A DNA stretch of 64,000 nucleotides from assembly GCF_006345805.1 (NCBI RefSeq), contig NC_042998.1:114266001-114330000 (forward strand), written 5' to 3'. The position numbers and the translations under genes are program-made. This DNA is from Octopus sinensis. Taxonomy: Eukaryota. The notes beneath the pieces were generated by a model. That model searched no databases. It was not told the DNA's origin and worked only from the letters and a program-made list of their open reading frames with translations. Positions 1-14,710 of this stretch are shown one piece after another (position 1 is the first letter of the stretch; each line of letters begins with the position of its first letter).

Positions 1-1627
1 GTATATACATGTTTGTATTTGTATGGTACATGTGTATGTATATACAAGTGAAAACTGGTTTATGTATGATGCGGGTGGATTTGTGTGTGTTTGTGCTGTG
101 TTTGTGTGTATGTTCGGTCTGTATATATTTGTATATGTATGTGTTTATACACATTATAAAGTGTGCGTACTTTTATAGCTTGTATGTATATCCATGCCAT
201 GTGCTTGAACCTCTATGTGTTTATATATATATATATATATATATAAGCATGTGTACGAGTATATATGCGTCCGTGTGAGCGAGCGTCTGATTGAGAGTGT
301 GTTTGTATGTCCGTGCCTGTATAAGTATGTATATATCTGCATATCCGTTTAAATATAATTCTGACTTTATGTGCATGTGCCACGCACGCGCGTTTGTGTG
401 TGTGTGCGTGTGCGTGTGTGTGTATGTGTTGTGTTGGTGATATATGCTATATGAATCAGGTTTGATCCGCTGTGTTTGACATGGTTGCCTGAGGGGGAGT
501 CAATTATATATAAGGAAGAAAGAATTAACGAAAGAATAACAGAAAGACAGGGCAGAAAGAAAGCAAAGAGAAGAAGAGGGTGAGGAAGAACAAAAGCAAC
601 AACAGCAACAACGAAAATAGCAACCACAACAAATACAACAAAATAAAATTAGCAATGACAATCCACCCTGAAGCTCATTTTGACTCTTTCCTTTTTCTTT
701 TGTAGTTTTATTTAATTTTTCTTCTCAACCAATTCTTCATTTTCCATTCCTTGTAAAAACCTGCATCTTGATTTGATACGCGGCTACAACAACACGAGCT
801 TAAACAACCAACTCTCTTGTTTAACCGACGACGGTGGCGGCATAAAATGGCGACGGAGATGGATTGCAGTAAGGGAAGTAACATTGTTAGCTGATACGGT
901 AGCCAAAGCAGCGACGACATTATGCGTCATGGGTGACGGTGATAGCAACTGATGGGCAATGGCGGCAACTCGGGTGAAATTGATGGCGATAACAGCGATA
1001 TAAATTGTAAAGTCCAGTAAACCTCTTGTGAACGATGCAACTAATTTTTATCGCTTCATCTGTACTGAAATCAAACCAAGCTATCAAATTCACAAATACT
1101 TTCTTCATTTCAACTCAGTTTTCTCAAAGCTAGCCATCGTCTTTTTACTTAAAACTAGAAAGTCATTTATGCATAAGAAGGCGTTGGTATGATGGGTTGG
1201 TCCCTTACTAAATTCACCCTCTCATCTATTTGACTCGGAATTATGTCAATTGAGCGGTGGAGTTCCTCTGAGTTGTTTCAGTTTTAGTCGCAGCGCCGAG
1301 GTCGACTTACTTTTATTCATTTATGTGGGTAAAGAATCATGCATTTTTTGCTGACCTTGTAATGTATAGGTCAGCGCTGATTCAGCACTCTCCAATTAAT
1401 AGCACTTATTCAGGCCGTCACCATCCCGTCGTTTTCCTATGTGTTTGGAACCGAAGATCACATTATCCAATGTGAAAGAAATGTTTCTAATAATTTAAGC
1501 ACTCTCGCAGTGGGGTTCTCTCGATGACTTGGAGAAACTTTTCGATGAACACGAAACGGACCGGTTAAGATTTAGTTAAGAGTTGGTTAAGATTTAGTTG
1601 CTTTAGATTTTCACTTCATATTTCATT

Positions 1628-2195
1628 AAGGTCGACGTTACATTACATCCTTTCGAGGTAGATAAAATAAGTTCCAGCTAAGCTCTAGGGCCGATGTAAT
1701 CGATTTACCCACTATCCCGAAACTGCTGGGTTTGTGTCAAAAATTTGAAACCAGTATCATCGCTCTAATTAAAGCAGCGAGCTGGAAGAATTGTTACTGC
1801 ATCGGACAAAATGCTTAGAGATATTACTTCCGGTTCAAATGCAACTAAGACTAACTTTGCCATCATCCTTTACGGAGTTGAAAAAATAAGCACTAAAATC
1901 GAAGTAATGGAATAGCACCTTTCCTCAAAATTTCAGGCCTTGTACCTATTATTTTGATTATGAAGGCGGTAAGCTAGTAGAATAAGTAGGACATCCGGTT
2001 CTTAGCATTCAGAATTGAAGTCCTACCGACGTCGGCTTTGCCTTCCATCCTTTTGGGATTAATAAAATAGGCACCAGTCAAGTATCGGGTCGGTAGTGTT
2101 GACTTATTCCTTCCCCTCAAAACTGCTGGTCTTGTGTCTAAATTAGAAACCGATATTATAACTACGGTTAAGGAGGGTGCGAGCTGGCAGAATCG
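1628..2195 (+). mobile_element. Cluster of degenerate tRNA-derived SINE copies/fragments (family A, ggcggcgagctggcagaa head)
   Basis: Pieces at about 1628-1757, 1774-1895, 1965-2157 and 2174-2195 carry family motifs (gcgagctgg head; gtcgactttgcctttcatcctttcg-like core; ctgctggtcttgtgtctaaattagaaacc tail) also seen in the better copy at 14711. Confidence 0.75.
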
Positions 2196-3616
2196 CAAAA
2201 TTTGCTTTGTTTGTAGTATTTCCTTCGACCCTTTACATGCTGAGATCAAATCTCATCAATGTTAGCTTTACTTTACATTTTCTTTTTTGGTAGGGTGTAG
2301 ATGGATACCATAAAACAAAGGTACTAGTCAAGTACTGAGGTTGATGGCACTGCAAACGTTAATTTCATCCACTTAGCCTGATTATAGGGTCAGTGAAATT
2401 TTATGTTGCGGTCGATATGTTTGCACGGCTTAAACGCCATGTATGATGTTTGATTTAATAATGTTAGAATGTCTTCTGCGTATGTGTGTGTTGTGTATGA
2501 ATATGTTATAGGAGCTGCTACAAATAGCAGCCAAATTTTACTCAAAGCACTTCTTCCCTTTTTGAAAAAAGTGATGACATGGCACGAATGACATCCGTGC
2601 AAATATGTGTATATAGAGCAACAACGTGAGCAAAATAATAAAAAGATCATCATCCGCGGCAGCAACGCTGTTATTACCACCAACACTACGTTGAACACGA
2701 TTTTGACACTTCGACCATCGCACATCTCAGAAATGAGAACCAATTCCATAGATTTAAAAGTTTATAAAATCAAAAATCTCAGAAGCCTCAGACAAAATCA
2801 CAAACACAGTTGGAATACCTTTTCTTATAGGTCCGTTCGGTCAGACCTAACCCGTGGCTAAACAATGACAGGTAATGACGAGACATTTAAGCCGTCATTG
2901 GATTTGCAATATATAACAGTGAAATCTCTTCAAATTACAAATAGTCTGTAAGGTATAAGAAATGGCTACCTAATATCCCTTAAATCGCATATCTACAATC
3001 TTTAAAGTAAAATAAGGGAAGAATTAGTTAATGTAGTCTTTAATATATCAGAAGACAGAAGACACCTTTCTAATCTTAAAGGAAAGACCATTTGCACGAT
3101 GTAACACCAATATATAAGAAACACGCGATAACTTTTTATTTGCGAAATTGAAAGGTATTTTGCGGTGTCTAGTCCATGATACCCTCAAAATACTATACCA
3201 CACACAAAAAAAAAAAAATGGATAGTATTCCTTGTTAACCCCACCTCAGAATATACATCCAATTTTCCCCAACATCAAACATCCTACAGTATTAAACAGA
3301 AAAGATCATAACATACAAATCAGACACCCCACAGTCAGCACATTAGATAACGTAGTCCCTGATATGTAAAAAGGACAATAGTCGCACTTGGATCGTAGAT
3401 CTTCTCGATCATATCAAACCTTGATCTGAAAATAACAAATACGATAACCTCTATAGAGAACCAACAATAGTTCTTCCAAACGGTGATTCAAATTCGCAGA
3501 AATAGCAGCCAAATATCACTCGCATCATACAAACACAAATACTACAGATTTTTGACAGAAAGGACGACTTGATAGTGTAGTCCATACATATACACACACA
3601 GAGATTCAGACAGACA

Positions 3617-3995
3617 GATGGCTGTGTGGTTAAAAATTTTGCTTCGCCAACATATGATTTCGGATTCAATCCCATCGTGCAGCACTTTCAGCACGCTTTT
3701 CTTCCGTAGCTCGGGCCGATTGGTGCCTCGTAAATGAATATGGTAGATAGGAGTCAGAAACTCTAATCATCGTATATGGGTCTATGTGCATGTGTGTATG
3801 CGTGCGCGTGTTGTGTGTCTGTCTCTCAACACTTGACAGCTTGTTTTCGCGTTTGACGCCCTCGTGACATAGATATTCTATCGGCAAAGACTCAGATAGA
3901 ATGACTACAAAAATTAAAATAAGCACTGGATTTGTTCGGCTAAATTCATCAAGGTAGTATTCCAACATAGCCACAGTCTAATGACTAAAACCATT
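3617..3995 (+). mobile_element. tRNA-derived SINE, family B (gtggctgtgtggt head), degenerate
   Basis: Colinear similarity to the copy at 61171-61447 (ctcgggccga...gccttgt...tggtaga...cttgaca). Confidence 0.7.
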
Positions 3996-4242
3996 AAAGG
4001 AGCACTATACAAACACACACACACGCAACTCACACACCAACATATACACACACACATGCTGAAATTTTGCTGGTTATTTGCAGCTTGAGCAGATCTACAA
4101 TGAAAGTCTTCCTTCGAACAAATCGGTCGAGCCAATTTAGTGCTTATTTTTAGTAGTCATTCTGTGTCTTTAACGATAGAATAACTATGTCACAAGGACA
4201 TCAAACGCTAAAGCAAGTTGCCAAGCTTTGAGAGACAAGCAC

Positions 4243-4244
4243 AA

Positions 4245-4335
<91 letters not shown>

Positions 4336-4345
4336 CACGCACATG
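4243..4345. repeat. (CA)n microsatellite
   Basis: Directly visible. Confidence 0.97.
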
Positions 4346-4351
4346 CACATA

Positions 4352-4565
4352 TATTTCTTTACTACCCACTAGGGGCTAAACAAGGACAGACAAACAGATT
4401 AAGTCGATTACATCGACCCCAGTGCGTGACTGGTACATAATTCATCGAGCCCAAAAGGATGAAAGGCAAAGTCGACCTCGGCGGAATTTGAACTCAGAAC
4501 GTAACGGCAGATGAAATACCACTAAGCATCTCGCCTGGCGTGCTAACGTTTCTGCCAACTCGCCG
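4352..4565 (-). mobile_element. Full-length tRNA-derived SINE, family A
   Basis: Reverse complement aligns end to end with 14711-14940. Confidence 0.9.
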
Positions 4566-4609
4566 CATTACGCACATGCACATAGCACGTGCACATAGAC
4601 ATATACAAG

Positions 4610-4765
4610 ATGAGTAGAGTTTCTGACTCCTATCTACCAAATTCATTTACAAGGCACCAATCGGCCCGAGCTACGGAAGAAAAGCGCGCTGAAAGTGTGG
4701 CACGATGGGATTGAATCCGAAATCACGTTCTTAGCGAAGCAAACCTCTTAACAACACAACCGTTC
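4610..4765 (-). mobile_element. SINE family B 5' part; inverted twin of the copy at 3617
   Basis: Reverse complement of 4610-4724 matches 3656-3770 with 6 differences in 115 nt. Confidence 0.85.
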
Positions 4766-5122
4766 TTACGCGAACCTCTGTCTGTCTGTCTGTCTGAATC
4801 TCTGTGTGTATGTATGGAAGTGTATGTGTGTGAGTGTGTGTGAGTGTGTGTGTGTGTGTGTATGTGTGTGTGTTTGTATGTGTGTGTGACGGGCTGATGG
4901 ATAGAGAGGAAGACTGACAGACTGAGAATTGTAAGAAGGGAGGTATATGAGGAAAACCAATAGCAAAACGATAACATTTGTTCCAGCTGTTAACCTCAGA
5001 TTAACATTGAAATCTAAACGAATATTTACTCGTAGGTTTCTCTCTCTTTCTCTCTTACTCACTCTTCATTTAATTCTGTCGTCCTCGTTCCCTCTCTGCC
5101 CCTCTTCGTCTATATCACTCCT

Positions 5123-5157
<35 letters not shown>

Positions 5158-5471
5158 CTCTTTCTCTCTCTCTCTGTCTCACTCTCCTGGTCTCTTACTT
5201 TTCAATGTATCTTTTCAGTTGGACAATATGACACTATCACAATAAATAAATAGCACTAGAGACCAAGTGTTCTCATTGCCCTATAGCTAATAACCAAAGC
5301 TCAGTAACCAATGCGGTTTCGCTCTCCTCTACCTTTTCTACTGGTTCCAAGCCGCTGTGCTATTGCCATGATGTGTCACCGCCAAAACAAAGGCCATATT
5401 TTTTTATGCCACACCTGCCACATACAGTCATTCATCTTTCAGTAAAGCCTTGCTCATTTTTCCAATTTATG

Positions 5472-5502
<31 letters not shown>

Positions 5503-6914
5503 GCGTGCACACACACACGCACACACACGCAGGACACACATACGCACGCACACACACATATACATACACAGACAAATACACACACACGCAAACACACACA
5601 CGCAAACACTCACACACACACACAAAGAGTGCACAATACACATATACTGTAATTAGTTCTACTTCCTAATCTCTTCTAAACTGTTTTCTCCCTCTCTTTG
5701 TTTTCTTCTTTTGTCTTTCTTTTTCTTTCTATATATTTTTTGTTTTGCTTTGCTTTGCTTTACTTTGCTTTCTTTCTTTCTTTCTTTCTTTCTTCTTCTT
5801 TCTAACATTCTTTTACTTCTTCGTTCTTTGTTTTTTTCTTTTCTTCCTTTATTCTTTCTAAACTCTATTATTTCATTATTCCCCGTTCTTCCTTCTTCTC
5901 TTTATTCATTCTTCATGTTTTTGCGTGTGTATGTGTATGTGTGTGTGTGTAGTTTCTATATGTTTCTACGTGTGTGTTTGTGTATAATAAGTGTCTGTGT
6001 GTACTTGAGCGAGAATGTGTCTTTATATGTCTATATCTGCCTCTGTGTGTACGTGCATGTGTGTGTATGTATGTCTGTATTTGTCTTTCTATATATATCT
6101 TTGAGAGTATATTCATCTTTATGTGTGAGAATGTAAGTCCATGCATATGCGTGTGCATATGTGCATGTGTGTGTGTTTGTACGTGAAGCTGTGTGTATGT
6201 ATACGTATGTTATGTTCCCACCTTCCGTCTATCTACTTGTTTCCTAAATTAGTTCCCACCCCAAATTTCTCTCTCTTTTCTTTTATTTATCTGTCTCTCC
6301 CTTTCCTTCTAAATTGAACTGAAGAATCTCGGCCCTTCACCAAAACCCCCGCACTCACCCCATACTTCCTATCGTTTTACTCCTCCCTGTATCCCACCCA
6401 TTATTAGATGTCCTCCGTACCAATTCTTACTTCTGGCCATACAGCAGAATAGCCGCCAATAGACAAAAAGACAAGAAAAATCTTGATACTGTTGCTGCGT
6501 ACAAAATAATAACAACATAAAATAAAATGTACAAGTAAAATATAAAATATAATATATAATAACATAAACTAAAATTTTAAAAATACAACATAAAAATACC
6601 CTTCTTAGCCTTTTAGCCGCTGTCTCATGCTAGGCAGATTATGATGAAGCACATTGGAAGATTCCGAAAACAAATCTTCAAGCTTAACGAATCATTTTAT
6701 TGAATTGATTCACAATATTTTCTTTTGTATAATGATGCTTCCTCGAACTTTCGCCTCCGGAGATTTGTGCCTCGGGTGTAAAAAAGAGTTCGTAGCAATT
6801 TTCACCATGTCAGATATTTCAATAAGAATAAGGAAACGACAGAAAGAACGGAATATGTAGAAAACAGACAAAGAAAATATCAAATGTGAAGAAAATCTGA
6901 TAAAGACCATAACA

Positions 6915-9490
<2,576 letters not shown>

Positions 9491-10174
9491 ACATTATTGA
9501 AAGTGTCTTTAAAAAGGATGATTTACAGACTACAAAACGCGATCTGAAACGAATATTTTTGTATATTTATTTTTTTACTGGATAGAATAAAACGAAAATT
9601 TATATAGAAAAAATGACAACGAAAATCATCTGTTTTTGAGAGGATCTATAATTCTTGGTATTTCTTGTATTTTGTTTGTTTTCTATCAGTTCTTTCATGG
9701 CTTTCTATCTATATTCCTTCGAGAATAATAAAGAAGCCTTCCCTTCAGGCTATAATTCCTCATACTGATTTTGTAATGATTTCCTAGAAAACTGATTTGA
9801 GCTTAAACAAAAATATGTCACTCAAAATGAAGGCGATGTTTCTATGAATTGATATGCTAATTGTAAATAGTAGAAAACATTTGCATAAACCAAATCTTAA
9901 GTTATACATACAACCAAACAAAAGATGTTGTAGGATGGTAGGTTGATGACAGAGCACAGAAATTCACAGAATGCTAAAAAAAAACCGTTTTGTGTTCTCT
10001 GTTAGATTATAGATTCAGCATTGTGGATTAGCGTATTGGACAACCTGCTAAATGTTTTGTTGGTTCAAATATCACCACAATGTACATGTTGCCAAAATTA
10101 CTAGAATTTCACAACAATTCAGTCTATCGAGTCGTAATACGAGATGTAGCATATGTTACATGTGTAAACGTTAC

Positions 10175-10454
10175 AAGCATGCGATAGTGATACGATTTTT
10201 AATGTGGTCATAGACTCTGCTAGCAATAGCACCAACTAAACCACCCTTAAACCATGCCGTACTGTTTCTATAAAAATTGGTGCCTGACACAAAACTTTGG
10301 TTTTGAACGTTGTATTTTTCCAGAACTTGATACCCAGTGTTTAGCAACAAGTTCCCATCCGGCCCAGCTTGCACTTGAGATGTCCACAACTCTTCAATTT
10401 GTTGTCTAAAATCTAAGAGATCAAGAAGTGGATATGGACATTTTAGCAAAATGT
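10175..10454 (-). CDS. Candidate orphan coding exon or pseudo-exon, product unrecognised
   Basis: Open frame ILLKCPYPLLDLLDFRQQIEELWTSQVQAGPDGNLLLNTGYQVLEKYNVQNQSFVSGTNFYRNSTAWFKGGLVGAIASRVYDHIKNRITIAC. Possible acceptor tctAG at 10456-10455 and weak donor GTAACG after 10175. An ORF this long could arise by chance. Confidence 0.25.
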
Positions 10455-10620
10455 CTAGACTTTATTTTATCTGAGATTTCAGACGAGCCTATATTACAAG
10501 AAATATAAATGAGGTTAGCGAGACATAGCTCCCTCCTTCACAGAAATTCAGCCTCAGAAATACGTTCGGTGTGTGTGGGGGAAACATGGGACATATGAAG
10601 AGCTGTTATCCAGCGTCGTC

Positions 10621-10722
10621 AAACAGCAGCAGCAACAGCAGTAGCAACAGTAGCAGCAGCAACAGCAACAACAGCAGTAGCAGTAGCAGAAACAGCAGCA
10701 GTAACAACAGCAGCAGCAACAG
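10621..10722. repeat. (CAG/CAA/TAG)n trinucleotide tract
   Basis: Directly visible. TAG codons interrupt the poly-Q frame. Confidence 0.95.
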
Positions 10723-10970
10723 CCGTTCAAATATTTGGACCTGGAGATTTCCAGCGACTTCGAGGGCCATCTCCCAGTGGTGTCGGGCGTCAACAAAGAG
10801 CCCTCGACTACAACAAGACGACCAAAGTTTTTTTCACGTGACAGACAGTATCATTGTCTGTTACGTGACAGACAATAATACTGTCACGTATTATTGTGAC
10901 AGTATTAATGGAGTCTCCCACCCCTAAGCCCTAGACCATCACCTAATCACCCTTACCCATCTTGTTGCTT

Positions 10971-11043
10971 AACAACAACAACAGCAGCAGCAGCAGCAGC
11001 AACAGTAGCAGTAGCTGCAACAATAACAGTAACAACAACAGCA
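10971..11043. repeat. (CAA/CAG)n trinucleotide tract
   Basis: Directly visible. Confidence 0.95.
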
Positions 11044-11988
11044 TTTACACAGCACTGACAGCCACTGCAGTACTATAAGCATTACATGTTTTACCTTGTT
11101 AGCAAGTATTGCGTTAAATTTCTTCCTCCTTCGTACCTTAGAAAGAATTTTGTTTTATCTTTAGAGTTGAGATTTTCACCATTATCGTTGTAACCATTAA
11201 AGTTAGTTCGAAGTTTATGTGGGGTCGTTTCTGCATGACAAACCTTGAACTAACTCTTTGTCGTGGTGGTATACGGAACAGTCTTTCTGGAATTGCTCAT
11301 CCTGCTGGAATTAACCTCCAATCCTCATTGAAGTCACAATCTTGTGTGGGGGACCGTAAAATAGTTGTATAATCATGCCTGGATTATAATTCTGTTTGGG
11401 CAAGACTGATATGAGACTAACCAAGATCAGCATCAATGGAAAATGATGAATGAATAGAAATTACTCGATAAGGTGGTCTATGTTTCAACCATTTTAATCT
11501 CAGTAAGATTAATTTGGTCTTTTATAGCAACCATTTGAAGAGAAATATGACGTGCGTTTTACTTTTTATTGCATACATTATTTCACAGAGCGGCAGTTAA
11601 CGCTTCTGTGTCATCTTTCTGCAAATATTAATATTTACGTGTAAATTTTAATACTGTTCAATTTTGCTGCGATGGATTCACCGACTCACAGCTCAATCAT
11701 TTTGAATATCATTCATTAGAATATAGTTTCTTTTATATCAAATAAAGCTGAGGTTTTGTTGTTATTTGGTCGGTGGAGGTAGGACAATACTCATAAACAT
11801 TTTGTTCGGGGCTTCTGAGGCATGTGTGAGGAAAGACGAAATATTTTGATATCTTCAAACTGGAAAACTGTTCCGAAAATTTGTAACTGAGTTGATTCAA
11901 ATAAAAACCACCCAAAGATCTGGTGATGATGTTACACTTAACAAACAGAGTCCTTCAACTAAGTTTCACTGACAATATTTAAGCAGAT

Positions 11989-12064
11989 CTGAGTCTATGG
12001 GAAACCTGAGGCTGTGGGAAACCCAAGTCTGTGGGAAACCTGAGTTTGTGGGAAACCTGAGGCT
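11989..12064. repeat. 17-bp minisatellite, about 4.5 units (ctgagnctgtgggaaac)
   Basis: Units start at 11989, 12006, 12023, 12040 and 12057 (partial). Confidence 0.95.
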
Positions 12065-12224
12065 TGTATAAGGGGAATAGCATTAAGATTAAACGTGAGG
12101 CCCTGGTTATAAAGAGATATAACCAATCACATATATGAAGCGAATTTATAGGATCAATCAGTTCTTTATGTAGACATCTTCCATTTTCTGTGACCCAGAC
12201 ACAAAAATACATACATACATTTAC

Positions 12225-12735
12225 CCAAGCCTATTCTCCATTTATTTAGGAAGGGTTAGCCACATGACACATACCAGGCATTCTATTCATTTCCCATATC
12301 AAAGGGGCGAGCCCCATCTCATGCTCGGGTCAAGGCATAGAACGCAACCCCCAATATTAGCATCGGGGCCCGACAGCATATGCTGGTTTACCTCCGCAGC
12401 ATATTGCTGGTTCCGTACACCTTTGAGCAGCATCAAATTCACTCATCCGTCCACAAACACTCTCCAAGCTTTCCTATCATTTATATACTCTCTTGCCTCT
12501 CTCACTCCAACACATCTAACTACCAAAGCTTTCTTCACTCTATCTACACAATTCGAGATCTGCCTCTGGTTCTGATGCCTGCCACTTCTGCCCTATTCAT
12601 CCTCCTTACCATCCGCTCCTCATCCATCCTCTCCATGTGGCCAAGCCAAATCAACATTCGTTTATCAATTTTGGTTGTTAGTTTTTTCTCTCATTCCAGC
12701 TCGCTTTTGCACCTCCGCATTCTTCATAGAAGCAT
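12225..12735 (-). mobile_element. RTE-clade LINE 3' end (ORF C-terminus plus 3' UTR), 5'-truncated
   Basis: Minus-strand translation with frameshifts: KIDKRMLIWLGHMERMDEERMVRRMNRAEVAGIRTRGRSR..VDRVKKAL..DRKAWRVFVDG*. This has the W-x-GH and G-x-R-x-RGR motifs of RTE C-termini. Confidence 0.85.
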
Positions 12736-13394
12736 AAAATATTCCATTTACTTAAAATCTCATAAAACGAATTTCTCCGACAAAAAGTAGGTAAAATAAA
12801 CAAAACAGCATTTTGTGGAATTGCTACAGAACACTGAAGAGCATCATTCGAAGCTATTGCTTCCTGATTTTCGAAAAAAAGGTTCTTTAGCGACGAAACA
12901 GATTTTTCGGTGCATTGAAAGGAACATATTATTTGTTTTTTGCTCTCTACACTTTTAATCTCACCGTCACACACCTCTTAATATTCACGCTTGAACTCCT
13001 CCCAAAAGTCGACATTACATTTCATCCTTCTATTTTAATCAACAAAATAAGAGCTAACTGTCGTTGCTGCTTCTGTCTAGTCCTGTGTCTCATGACGCAA
13101 GCATAATGAAATGTGTTCTGAACATGGTCAGCCATAATATTTTATGCATCTAATACCAAATGTCATAGATATTATTTAATCCTTCTATTCCTTTCTTTGA
13201 AATGAATAAACTGATTAATCAGTTGAATCCCGTTTCACCTGGAAATATATGACAGTTGAAAGAATATTCTTACATTAAAAAAAAAACATAAAAAAGCAAT
13301 TCTTATAATAGCATATATTGATTTCATACATCTCGGTTTAAATTGAATTTCAATACTTCCAAGAAAAATGTCGAGTTTAAGTTTCAATAATTAA

Positions 13395-13535
13395 ATGATT
13401 AGTAGACTCAGTAGAGCAACCGTCAAGATGCATTGCTGTATTAAGCTACATCCGTTTGTGTTCCGAGTTTAAAGCATACCGAGGTCAAGTTTGCCTTTCA
13501 TTTATATAGAGGGCGATAAAACATAAATAACAGTA
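13395..13535 (+). mobile_element. Old SINE family A-like fragment
   Basis: ccgaggtcaagtttgcctttcat core with a decayed tRNA-like head. Confidence 0.55.
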
Positions 13536-14710
13536 GTACTTTGATTTAGAATGAATCAACTCTACTATCTCCCAAAGTTTCTGGTTTTGTACAAATGTTA
13601 AAATGCTAATAAACCGTCATATGTACGGAATACAGTGATATTCAAAACAATGCGTTGCACATATGTACTTTATACGTTCCGGCAGGGTCGAACTTGAATA
13701 TGCTAATCAACGATGTTCTGAACACCAATGAATCATGTTGTGATGATGTTATGTCTATGAGGCAGAGTGTGAATGATTTAACAACATCTTGCAAATATTT
13801 AATTGTAACTTTTTATTTCACTGCACAAGTAACATTCAGGTTGGTTATGAATTAGGAAGTTTCTACAAGTCAACACAATTGAAAGAATTATTCCGCAGCG
13901 TTCATAAATAGTTGATTACAAAAGCTCTGTGATGAAGCGTGTCAAGACAGGTGAAGATATGTATATTAGTTTCATATCGGCCAACTGTAAGGGCATATTC
14001 AAGTTGAGCAATAGTCGCTAAAACAATTATTACAAATGGCAAGACGGTGTGTGGATCTGGATCGGGGATTGCCACACACAAGATGGTACTATAACAAGCC
14101 TTTATATAACCCATGTATCACCACATTCCAGAAAGATCTACAGTGATCTATCACATGAAGTTTGGCTGCTGATTGGCCAATAATACTGTCTGTCACGTGA
14201 ACAAGGTTGTGCTATGTCGTTAATATGAACTTCACAATCTGGAGACTCGGTTTCGAGTCTTGCTACAAACGCATATTCATCGTTAAGGAGCAGATGCTTT
14301 CCCGTGACGAGTATAGCAACAACTAGTATATACACATTCGAATCTTCTGGAATGTATTAAGAATAAACATGCACATCCTCGTTAGCATGTTAGATATCAA
14401 GAATTAGAAATAAAAACATCTAGAGCATGGCAAGAAAAACTCCGACAATTCTTGCTGTAGAAAGTGCAGGCAAATATTTTGATAATAATAAGAAAAATAG
14501 AGAATAAGAAAAAAGAAATATACTTGCTCAAATAAACAGAATATCAGAATTCCCCTTTACATAACTATAGTGAAAAGGGAGCAATGTTATACAAGACAAC
14601 ATCTTTCATTGCACAAAACACTAGATCATATTCCTCTCTTTTCTCCTCTCCTCACTCACTTGACTACCTCTACACCCCCCACATGTCTATATATATGTGT
14701 GTGTGTTTAG

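Noticed and set aside
2620-3540. High-complexity stretch that might be a decayed LINE ORF1 or other TE ORF
   Set aside because: Many stops in all frames and no diagnostic motif that I can name.
6617-6710. Possible terminal exon PLSHARQIMMKHIGRFRKQIFKLNESFY* after ttttag
   Set aside because: Only 28 codons, no recognisable homology, no linked upstream exon.
10571-10927. 118-aa Ser/Asn-rich ORF, possible poly-Q exon
   Set aside because: Driven by the CAG/CAA tract. The Gln frame contains TAG stops and the rest overlaps the palindromic element.
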